A DNA stretch of 63,648 nt, counting the filler, from Octopus bimaculoides (Eukaryota), in NCBI RefSeq assembly GCF_001194135.2. It is 3 parts of 3 records of this genome, joined end to end, with 100 filler letters (N's around TTAATTAATTAA, not from the genome) between each part and the next. Parts side by side here need not be neighbours in the genome. Positions count along the whole stretch, not along the records: positions 32,936 to 63,648 come from NC_068989.1; 2 more parts are not named here. One strand, written 5' to 3'. Under the pieces are notes generated by a model. It was not told where the DNA came from and did no database searches. It saw only the letters and a program-made list of their open reading frames with translations. Positions 53,030-63,648 of this stretch are shown here, piece by piece (position 1 is the stretch's first letter; each line of letters opens with the position of its first letter). The translations under genes were made by a program, and so were the position numbers.

Positions 53030-53937
53030 NNNNNNNNNNNNNNNNNNNNNNNNNNNNNNNNNNNNNNNNNNNNNNNNNNNNNNNNNNNNNNNNNNNNNNN
53101 NNNNNNNNNNNNNNNNNNNNNNNNNNNNNNNNNNNNNNNNNNNNNNNNNNNNNNNNNNNNNNNNNNNNNNNNNNNNNNNNNNNNNNNNNNNNNNNNNNNN
53201 NNNNNNNNNNNNNNNNNNNNNNNNNNNNNNNNNNNNNNNNNNNNNNNNNNNNNNNNNNNNNNNNNNNNNNNNNNNNNNNNNNNNNNNNNNNNNNNNNNNN
53301 NNNNNNNNNNNNNNNNNNNNNNNNNNNNNNNNNNNNNNNNNNNNNNNNNNNNNNNNNNNNNNNNNNNNNNNNNNNNNNNNNNNNNNNNNNNNNNNNNNNN
53401 NNNNNNNNNNNNNNNNNNNNNNNNNNNNNNNNNNNNNNNNNNNNNNNNNNNNNNNNNNNNNNNNNNNNNNNNNNNNNNNNNNNNNNNNNNNNNNNNNNNN
53501 NNNNNNNNNNNNNNNNNNNNNNNNNNNNNNNNNNNNNNNNNNNNNNNNNNNNNNNNNNNNNNNNNNNNNNNNNNNNNNNNNNNNNNNNNNNNNNNNNNNN
53601 NNNNNNNNNNNNNNNNNNNNNNNNNNNNNNNNNNNNNNNNNNNNNNNNNNNNNNNNNNNNNNNNNNNNNNNNNNNNNNNNNNNNNNNNNNNNNNNNNNNN
53701 NNNNNNNNNNNNNNNNNNNNNNNNNNNNNNNNNNNNNNNNNNNNNNNNNNNNNNNNNNNNNNNNNNNNNNNNNNNNNNNNNNNNNNNNNNNNNNNNNNNN
53801 NNNNNNNNNNNNNNNNNNNNNNNNNNNNNNNNNNNNNNNNNNNNNNNNNNNNNNNNNNNNNNNNNNNNNNNNNNNNNNNNNNNNNNNNNNNNNNTACACC
53901 ACCTGTCTTCGTCTTTTGTTTTTTTGTGAATTCTCCC

Positions 53938-54010
<73 letters not shown>

Positions 54011-54030
54011 ACACACACACACACACACAT

Positions 54031-54063
<33 letters not shown>

Positions 54064-54398
54064 CATAATTTTAACCATCAGTGTCCAGAAAGTCAGTGTT
54101 GTACCTGCATATGAGCTTGCATCTGATCACCCTCATCTGCTACCCAATACAATCTAACTTTGCCCTGTTGTACAGCCACCCATCACTATTCTCAAGGCCA
54201 CTTCTTTTTACCTTTATCTCTTCACCAATCCTTACCTTTATCCACCTGCACAATCACCAATCACTCACCACCCAATTTCACCCCAAACAACCCTGCATTT
54301 TTCCATCATGTTCTTGTTCGTTCCACCCATTCACCCTTACCTTTGTCCACTTCTGCTATTGCCAATAACCCCCTCTTGACTCCATATCACCAAGTAAC

Positions 54399-54480
54399 AG
54401 TGGTGGATCTACTATAAAACTAATGAAGCTTAAGCTTCAGGGCCCCTAATCACAGAGGGGCCCCTCTGAAACAACTAAAT
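54399..54480 (+). mobile_element. hAT-type terminal fragment
   Basis: CAGTGGTGGATCTAC...GAAGCTTAAGCTTCAGGGCCCC, a terminal pattern typical of non-autonomous hAT elements. Confidence 0.45.
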
Positions 54481-54539
54481 TTTTTTCATTCTGTCAATTT
54501 TTTTGTTTTTGTATTTTGCCATGCAGATTGCTGTTACCT

Positions 54540-54800
54540 GTCTTAGTGGACATGTGATAAGAATGAGACAAGAAACAAATCACAAGACAGATTCTTCAAG
54601 CCAATTGATCCGATCAGCAGGAGACCAAGGAGTAGACCAAGAACAAGATAACTGGATAATATCTATAGTCTCAGCTAGTCACTCTTTGGGAATCCAGCCA
54701 GAAAGTCCAATGACAGACATTTCTGATAGGACCTTATGAAGGAGGTGCCTGGGGAATTTAGATCCCCCTCCATGACCCTCCCAGAAATAATGAGCGGGGA
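54540..54800 (+). mobile_element. RTE (Expander/Rex3-like) 3' fragment
   Basis: SGHVIRM...ITRQILQA...SLGIQPE across frameshifts. Confidence 0.55.
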
Positions 54801-55297
54801 AAATGGATGGATGGATGGATAGAAATTTGCTCTTAGTCTGATAAAAAAAAACAAAAAAAAAACATTAGCCATGGTAACCTCTTAATGATTCTCTGATATA
54901 TCAACAGACAATAATGGTAAACAACAGAATGGCTGTTTAATGGGTAATTTGAACATTTTTTTCCTTTTGGCCTTGTGCCTCCACAAGAAGCAGAGATAAT
55001 ATTGTGTTTCTATTATATTTTTCTCTCCTTCTGTTCTACTTACATTCTAGAAATCTGCTCCCTGTGGTCAAAAATTTATAAGGAAAACGTAATAAAACTT
55101 TGTTTCATTAAANNNNNNNNNNNNNNNNNNNNNNNNNNNNNNNNNNNNNNNNNNNNNNNNNNNNNNNNNNNNNNNNNNNNNNNNNNNNNNNNNNNNNNNN
55201 NNNNNNNNNNNNNNNNNNNNNNNNTATATATATACATATATACAGATACATATGTATACAGATGGATGTATAATATAATATATGTGTGTGTGTGCAT

Positions 55298-55333
<36 letters not shown>

Positions 55334-56500
55334 TTACATATTTGTGTATACAGATGTATATAGGATATACGTGCATACATACATACATATGTATGCATAT
55401 GCATATATAAATATATATTTATAAATATATATTTATAAATATATGTGTGTATATGTATACATACATATAAGTATATATGTAACTATACACACATGCATAC
55501 ATACTCATCAGACGAGAAACAATTTACTATGAGTTTCTGAATATAATTGATAGTAATCTGATTATTAATTGACTTTTTTTTTTTATTATTGTTGCATTTA
55601 CTGCTGCTGTTGCTGATAGTGTTGTTATTGTTGTTGTTGTTGTTGTTGATGATGATGCTGTTGTTTTGATTTCCATTTAATGTAATAAATATATTGCAAC
55701 ATATTGCAATTCACTTCATATGTCGCCAAACAAAAGTGAGAGAACCCACCCCCTAATCATGAAGATAATATCTTAACATAATCAGTTTCGGATTGCAGTT
55801 TACTATAGTCTGAGAGATTGTGTTTTATCTTGATTTTAGCATAAATTGTTAAAGTAAGGTACCAATGAAGTACTGGGACCATGTAATTGAGTAGCCCCTC
55901 CCCTCAAATTGCTGGCCTTGTGGCTAAATCAGAAACCAGCATTAATAATACTATTATTATTGAGTGACAGAGCAGATCATGCCATCTAAGTGACACTGGG
56001 GTATAAATATACAAAGCCCAATATATCCACCATGACTACACATCTGCAGGCACATGCATCACAACTATATGTGTACAACATGGTGATCTCATATCAAGAT
56101 AAACAGTGCATGACCTTGCAGGTAGGGCCCAGTTAGAATTTTCTTCAGGTCAAGTAGCCCACCCCACTTAAAAGGCCCCTGAATAAAATTTGTTTAAGGA
56201 TGATGAATGAAACCCATGTTTCCAGAGGTGAATTTTTCAAACCCCAAAGAATTCCTCTCAACACATGGCTATGATGTTCCTCCATTACTTCTGCTTGTGA
56301 TCAGAGATGCACATATTGTCAGCCACTAAGAGACATGCTCAACTAATTAAGGTCAAGCAACTGACATGCAAATCTGTGGTATTAAGCATAATATTTGCTG
56401 TAGCCCATCTTTTATACCAAGGCAAAGCATACATGATAACACTTCCAATCAGTTAAGATGAGAAGCCATGAGAGCCACTGCCTGATACTGCATCAGAGCA

Positions 56501-56501
<1 letters not shown>

Positions 56502-56574
<73 letters not shown>

Positions 56575-56588
56575 TATTATTATTATTA
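56502..56588. repeat. (TAC)n(TAT)n microsatellite
   Basis: Directly visible. Confidence 0.95.
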
Positions 56589-56599
56589 ATTCAGTATAC

Positions 56600-56790
56600 A
56601 AGGTGGCGAGCTGGTAGAACCATTAGCATGCCAGGCATTCTGTCCATCTATATGTTCCAAGTTCAAATTCCACCAAGGTCAACTTTGCCTTTTACCCTTT
56701 CAGAGTTGATAAAATAAGTACCAGTTAAACACTGGGGTCAGTGTAATCGACTTATACCCTCCCACTAAAATTGCTGGCCTTGAGTCAATA
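56600..56790 (+). mobile_element. SINE family A, CpG-decayed
   Basis: AAGGTGGCGAGCTGGTAGAA...GTTCAAATTCCACCAAGGTCAAC...AAAATAAGTACCAGT. Confidence 0.75.
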
Positions 56791-57361
56791 TTAATCCAAT
56801 ATACAAGTCTGTATAAAAACAGCCAGGCCAGAGTAACAAATGCCATGGAGACCGTTGTAGAGACAGCCCTAATGGAGACCAATGGGGAGGGAAGCAGCAT
56901 CACTAGCAATGAGGATGCAGAAGATGATTTCTTCAGCAACATCACTCAGTTCCAAGAGAGTAGGAGCCACAAGTCACTGAAATCCAAGGTGCAGAACTTG
57001 GTGAATCTTGGCTGGAGACAAAATGCCTAGTGGTATTTCATCTGTCTTTACATTCTGAGTTCAAGTGCCACCAAGGTCCACTTTACCTTTCATCCTTTTG
57101 GGGTTGGTAAAATGAATACTAACTAAACATTGGTACTTTGTCTATCTGTCTCTCTCTGTCTTTTTGCTTTTCTTATTGTAAACTTACCCTCTCTCTATAT
57201 ATATTTACAACACTCTCTCTCAGTCTTTGTCTGTATATGTATATCTCTCACCCTGAGTGTGTGTATGTCTACATGCATATGTGTGTGTTTATCAGTGTGT
57301 GTGTGTGTGTGTGTTTGTGTATTTGTCAGTGTGTGTATACATGTATGTTAGGAATTTCTTT

Positions 57362-57836
57362 AGGGTGACAGAGTCAAAAGACCCTACCACAAAGCATCAG
57401 CAGCAAGCTCAGGAGATACCTGAACAGAGAAGTAATAGACTTGGTGATATACAAATACGAGCCTCCATTGAATGACCTCAGGAGACACCCAAGCATAGGA
57501 TGCATCGATTACATGGTAAGTGCACATGTGCCTTCATTGCACTGACCCATTTCAATTTCAAGAACTTCAATTTTCAGTGTGTCTTAGTTTTGTTATGACT
57601 AGAAACAAATTGCATGGGCAAATATCTTCAGTTGCTGGTTTACGCAATGAAGAGCCCTTCTTCCCCCATGGTCAGCTTTATGTTGGATAATCAAGAGTAG
57701 GAAGTAAGAAAAATCTTTACATCTATGCACCAAATGCAAAAACAAAAGAACTATGCATACTGAGTTTCATAAACTGCCCCCAAAAATGCAGAAATCTGTC
57801 CTGATCAACAGGCTGATCAGTCAGGGAAGACATAGT
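57362..57836 (+). mobile_element. Internally deleted Helitron (N-terminal charged repeats plus PIF1-like helicase C-terminus)
   Basis: EIPEQRSNRL and ETPKHRMHRL repeats, then PFQFQELQFSVCLSFVMTRNKLHGQ...EPFFPHGQLYVG*SRVGSKKNLYIY. Terminal hairpin CTGATCA-6nt-TGATCAG. Confidence 0.8.
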
Positions 57837-57919
57837 GTGACATAGAATAAAGAATATTGAAATAAAGCCTTTCTTTTGTGAAAACTCTCTGGCAACAATG
57901 AGTTACTCAGCTTGTGTGT

Positions 57920-57954
<35 letters not shown>

Positions 57955-57956
<2 letters not shown>

Positions 57957-58142
57957 AAAGCAAGCTGGCAGAATTGTTAGCATGCCAAGCATTTCATTCA
58001 TCTTTACATTCTGAATTCAAACTCCTCCAAAATTGACTTTGTCTTTCATCTTTCCAGGGTCAATAAAACAAATATCAATTGAGCACTGGGGTCGATGTAA
58101 TCAACAAGCTTCCTTCCACGAACTTCTGGCATTGTGCCTATA
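57955..58142 (+). mobile_element. SINE family A, CpG-decayed
   Basis: AAGCAAGCTGGCAGAATTGTTAGCATGCC...GCACTGGGGTCGATGTAATC. Confidence 0.65.
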
Positions 58143-58833
58143 GTACAAATGATATATACATATATATGTGTGTGTTTGCGTTTGCGTGTACTCTTGTTTA
58201 AACATTATATGATAAATAATTGTAAATGAGCCAAGCATAATTTGCATACAAGCAGGGTTGTTCATTTTCAGATAGTTACAGGAAGGACATCCAGCTATAG
58301 AAAATCTTCCTTGCTGATTGCTTCTCTGACCCATGCAATCATGGAAAAGTTGATGCTAAATGTTGATGATAATGAATGATGATGAATATATGTTAGACTA
58401 CATTATCTTTTTAAAATAGTAAGATTGATGTAGATAAGTTTTGTTGCTATTTCTAGCAGATAAGTTACCTCATAGAAACATTCTCGTTGACTCAAGAGGC
58501 TGCTTTGTTTTCTTCTTTAGGTAATTAATATTGTAGAACCCAATAGGCTTGTTATTGAAGTAGCTTAGCCATTTTTAAAACAGATATTTTCTCCCTTAGT
58601 TCAACCTCTTCAATCGCCATTTTTACAAGTACTTTCATTTCTAGTAGATAAAAATGTCCTCCAACAAATTTTCCCCCACTTCTTCTGCAAATTTGTGATT
58701 TTGCTACTTAATGGTTTGATAGATATTTACAATAAGATTTACACTACATGAAAGTTTTCTTTTATTATTCAGGTATCACCAAGTTACAAATATAAATTGC
58801 AATTCAATGTTTATACATACATACATACATACG

Positions 58834-58867
<34 letters not shown>

Positions 58868-59753
58868 CATACATNNNNNNNNNNNNNNNNNNNNNNNNNN
58901 NNNNNNNNNNNNNNNNNNNNNNNNNNNNNNNNNNNNNNNNNNNNNNNNNNNNNNNNNNNNNNNNNNNNNNNNNNNNNNNNNNNNNNNNNNNNNNNNNNNN
59001 NNNNNNNNNNNNNNNNNNNNNNNNNNNNNNNNNNNNNNNNNNNNNNNNNNNNNNNNNNNNNNNNNNNNNNNNNNNNNNNNNNNNNNNNNNNNNNNNNNNN
59101 NNNNNNNNNNNNNNNNNNNNNNNNNNNNNNNNNNNNNNNNNNNNNNNNNNNNNNNNNNNNNNNNNNNNNNNNNNNNNNNNNNNNNNNNNNNNNNNNNNNN
59201 NNNNNNNNNNNNNNNNNNNNNNNNNNNNNNNNNNNNNNNNNNNNNNNATATATATATATATATATATATATAGGCATATCTATTTTTATGAGTGGATTTC
59301 AAAGATGGAAACTGAAAGAAACTCATCATATATGTACATGCATGCATATATATAAATATCTTATTGATTGAACTACAGGGAGTAGTCATCCTACTTGAGA
59401 ATGGATGAATAAACTATAATTGTAGACTGGATCGGTTGACAGCTTGAATTGTACATACATCCACACATACATGTATATACAGACATATGTATGTATGTAT
59501 GGATGGATTGATGGATGGAAGGATATATCTATAATATGTATATATAAATATGTGTTTATGTACGTCGTTCAGTGATGTAGTTAATAGGGGTGTAAGGGGG
59601 GTGACCACCATCCCCAAGCACATTTTTCACAATTGACACCTTCTATGAAATGTATAATCAATGTATTAAAAATTGTTTCCCATTTGTCACGGTGCCTTTT
59701 TTTTATGTTCTTGCTCTTCCTAACTTTAGAACCTGGCTATGGCCCTGATGGCA

Positions 59754-59795
<42 letters not shown>

Positions 59796-60393
59796 NNNNN
59801 NNNNNNNNNNNNNNNNNNNNNNNNNNNNNNNNNNNNNNNNNNNNNNNNNNNNNNNNNNNNNNNNNNNNNNNNNNNNNNNNNNNNNNNNNNNNNNNNNNNN
59901 NNNNNNNNNNNNNNNNNNNNNNNNNNNNNNNNNNNNNNNNNNNNNNNNNNNNNNNNNNNNNNNNNNNNNNNNNNNNNNNNNNNNNNNNNNNNNNNNNNNN
60001 NNNNNNNNNNNNNNNNNNNNNNNNNNNNNNNNNNNNNNNNNNNNNNNNNNNNNNNNNNNNNNNNNNNNNNNNNNNNNNNNNNNNNNNNNNNNNNNNNNNN
60101 NNNNNNNNNNNNNNNNNNNNNNNNNNNNNNNNNNNNNNNNNNNNNNNNNNNNNNNNNNNNNNNNNNNNNNNNNNNNNNNNNNNNNNNNNNNNNNNNNNNN
60201 NNNNNNNNNNNNNNNNNNNNNNNNNNNNNNNNNNNNNNNNNNNNNNNNNNNNNNNNNNNNNNNNNNNNNNNNNNNNNNNNNNNNNNNNNNNNNNNNNNNN
60301 NNNNNNNNNNNNNNNNNNNNNNNNNNNNNNNNNNNNNNNNNNNNNNNNNNNNNNNNNNNNNNNNNNNNNNNNNNNNNNNNNNNNNNNNNNNNG

Positions 60394-60565
60394 GTAGATG
60401 GCCCTGCTCGATCTGTAGAAAAGGTGTAGGTAGAAACTCTATAAGATGTACCCAGTGTAAACTATGGACACATAAGAGGTGCAGCAATATCAAAGAAAGG
60501 CTAACTAGCAAGATAGTTTTTGTATGTGGCAGATGCTCAGGAGCAATAAACGCCGGAGTATGCTA
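60394..60565 (+). mobile_element. RTE-clade LINE fragment (Cys-rich insert)
   Basis: WPCSICRKGVGRNSIRCTQCKLWTHKRCS...VCGRC. Confidence 0.75.
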
Positions 60566-60616
60566 GGTGTCATGTGGTAGGACAAGGTGCCTCATACTGA
60601 AAGTCTCTTGAGGGCT

Positions 60617-61000
60617 GGGATCAACAGCATTGAGGCCTGTATCCATCATCATCTTCTCTGCTGGGTTAGCCATGTAATTCAGATGCCAGGTAACCAGCTT
60701 CCAAAGATGGCCTTCTTCAGCAAGATTGAAACTGGAGGTATGGGATCAACAGCATTGTGACTTGTATCTTTCATCATCTTTGCTGGGTTAGCTATGTGAT
60801 TCAGATGCCAGGTAACCAGGTCCCAAAGATGGTCCTCTTCAACAAGATCAAAACTGGAAATAGGCCTCATGGATGTCCAAAACTTCATTTTCATAATAAT
60901 CACTAGCATTCTTTCATCTTATGTGATATTCTTCCCAATCAGTTGGAGGCTCTTGAAGGCATGGAATTCTGTGTATGATGCTGCAGGTGACTGCATGAAG
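60617..61000 (+). mobile_element. RTE/BovB-like 3' fragment with 125-bp tandem duplication
   Basis: WVSYVIQMPGNQVPKMVLFNKIKTGNRPHGCPKLHF resembles WxGHVxRMxxxRLPKxxLYGELxxGxRxxGxP. Confidence 0.6.
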
Positions 61001-61261
61001 AGAGGAAACATCGTCATCGACCCCTGCAGCTGTTGTTTGGAGTCACTTTCAGTGCCTCAGGTGCTACAGGATCTACATGTCTCGTATCAGTCTTGACAGC
61101 CATGTTCGCTCCCATGAGAAACTATGCATTTGTCTTCTAGGCTGTAGTTTCCGGCTTAGAATTTCTGAAACCACAGTTGACACTGGCTTATGCTTATTGT
61201 CCAATCTCCATATACTGCATTAATATTCCTTACACTTTCTGTTGCATTGTTGCTTTATTGT

Positions 61262-62314
61262 TTTTTTCAATTGCATGAACTAAAAATCGGAGAGGGACAG
61301 GATAAACTACCTGCATCAACTTGCAATAAAAAGGTAGTAATTTTACCTTCTCCTTATTCTTAGTGCAAGTTTTGAAGAGTGCAGTTCGATTTTAACAGCT
61401 ATTTTTTCAAAGTTATAACAGAAGTGACAAAGGAGCATATTCAACATATTTTGCTTTATGAGTTCAATAAAGACAACAACACAACGGAAAGCATGAGGAA
61501 TATTAATGCAGTATATGAGAACTGGACAACAGGTGTAAGCCAGTGTAAATGGTGGTTCCAGAAATTCTGAGCTGGAAGCTACAGCCTAGAAGACAAGTTT
61601 CATCCTGGAAGACCTGTAGACTTCAATGAGGACATCCTGCAAATCCTGGTGGAACAAAATCCCATTGTAACTGCTGAGGAACTAACAGAGAAGCTTGGAT
61701 TTGGTCATTCAACCATTCATCGACACCTGCATGCCATTGGAAAAGTCAGCAAATTGGGTCAATGGGTTCCTCGCAAACTTTCTGAGTCTAACTGTGCACA
61801 GAGAGTGAATGTGTGCTATTCTTTGCGGTCACATCTTACAAATGAACTTTTTTTGGGACCACATAGTGACTGGTGATGAGAAATGGGTTATCTATAAAAA
61901 TGTCAAGTGCCGGAAACAGTGGATAGGGAAAGGAGAAACACCAGTACCCCAGGCTAAGGAAGGTCTTCACCCACGTAAGGTGTTGTTATCTGTTTGATGG
62001 GATATGAAAGGTTTAGTCCACTTTGAACTTTTAAACTGAAACCAAATGATTACAAAGGAGATTTACTGCAAGCAACTTGAGTGGCTTAAGTCAGCACTAG
62101 AAGAAAAACAAGGTCAGAACAGTGCTGGAGGAGTATTTTTCATTACAGACAAGTGAATTTTTGAAGAGGAGCCTTGCAAGTCTACCAGATAGATGGAAGG
62201 GCATTGTAGAAAATGAAGGAGAGTGTATTTGAGATTAAAAAAGAACTTTGCTTATCTTAAATTTGAAAAATGAAAGAAGTATATAAAACCACATTATTTA
62301 TGGGATAACCCAAT
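61262..62314 (+). mobile_element. Mariner transposon with internal deletion and right TIR
   Basis: KLGQWVPRKL, HIVTGDEKWVIY, LPDRWKGIVENEG. The YSPDL segment is missing. Right TIR ATGGGATAACCCAAT. Same family as 34816-35397. Confidence 0.88.
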
Positions 62315-63461
62315 GTATATGTGTGTGTGTGTGTGTGTGTGCATATATATATATACTTATACTCACACACAATGGGCTTCTTTTAGTTCCTGCCAGCCAA
62401 ATCCATTCACAAAGACTTTGTTCAGCCCAGGACTATGGTGCCCAAAGTGTCATGTAGCATGGGACTGAGCTTACAACAATGTAGTTTTTGCTTTGTTTCA
62501 GCAATGTCATTGCCCTTCTCTGTCTTCAATTCCTCCATGCTCCTATGTATGCTGGGGTTTGCTGTCAGTAAATTCTATAGACCACAATGCATTGTATTGC
62601 CCAGTCGTGGAACTATACTGTTAAGAGTTATGAGAAAAGAATTGTTTAAAGAAAAGCATTATTAAAATGTTTTGTCTGTGAATATCCATGGCCTTGTAGT
62701 TAAGGTGCACAGACAGTGCATTTTGTACTTGTATAAGGTATTTCTTTTACAGTGCTCCAGTACATTCATCTGAAAACGAGTACCAGTAGCATCTGAGGGT
62801 TAACACTGTAATGAACTGGCTTCCTATTTAAGGGGCAGTCTTATAGTTTTAACCTCAAGCACTTTGAAAATCTAGATGAGCTCCAGCCTTCTCAGACTGT
62901 AGTTAAAAAGGCAGATTCTACATTCACACAAATGAAGTTTCATTTTTAAACATATACAATTAATAAATAATATGATAGTGAGTATCTTGATATGTGTGCA
63001 GTAATGACTATCTTTCAACCCAAGAGCTAAACCTATTATTATTAACCTGGGAAGCAAGCTTCTTAATCACATAAACATACCTGCACCTCAAACCAAAAAT
63101 CAATACAGATATAGCAAGTATGAAATAAAATATGAGAGTAACCAGGAGTTAACTGTTAAGAAAATTTTAATCCAGCATGGATAATTTTATAAATTACATC
63201 ATTTTATGATTACTTGTTGTCTACTACAAAGTGTGGCAGTAAATTGCTGCTATCGTTGCTTTGTTCCAGAAATGAGATCAAGAAGATCACAAGTGATGAA
63301 CATAGGACAATTTCTGTCCCAAACTAAACACAAAGGACAAACAAGGAAATATGAAAAAAAAAAAGAACATTTTGATAAAAATGGTTATTCAAACACACCT
63401 ATCTTTACTAAAAAAATGTTTGAAAGAAACAGTGTTCCCCACTGTTACAAAACACATGCAT

Positions 63462-63507
<46 letters not shown>

Positions 63508-63648
63508 TCACATACACACATTCATGTGCACAAACATATGTATATATACTTATGTATGTGTGTATATATATGTGTGTATGTGTATATATATATGTATATA
63601 TTATATATATATGCATATATACTATTATATATGGATATATTATATATA

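Noticed and set aside
56845-57030. ORF with EDDFFS, possibly a hAT transposase C-terminal remnant
   Set aside because: Only one short motif supports it, which is too weak to call.
59570-59747. Possible hAT MITE (CAGTGATGTAG...CTATGGCCCTG)
   Set aside because: The TIRs are degenerate and the flanking 8-mers do not match.

Overview
AT-rich, microsatellite-dense, gap-ridden animal genomic DNA. The SINE, RTE and mariner repertoire resembles a coleoid cephalopod (Octopus-like); this is an inference. Only one host coding exon is supportable: a probable tetraspanin (TSPAN15/TspanC8-like) first coding exon on the minus strand (44628-44783), with a CRE/E-box-containing CpG-rich candidate promoter at about 45.1 kb. 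No downstream exons are visible, so most of the left 44 kb is probably its first intron. The rest is transposon debris: Tx1/L1, CR1, RTE, R4/Dong-like and Penelope retroelements, mariner, hAT and Helitron DNA elements, and at least three tRNA-derived SINE families. Best second-look items: (i) a tRNA-headed SINE carrying a Penelope-type minimal hammerhead ribozyme; (ii) a second repeat family with a hammerhead-like motif sharing an unusual CUGUUGA-type core; (iii) an in-frame, RT-deleted R4/Dong-like element sitting in an (ACAT)n tract; (iv) a CpG-decay contrast across the promoter. Nearly all ORFs in the supplied track are microsatellite or N-gap artefacts. All homology calls are by-eye motif recognition, not database searches.
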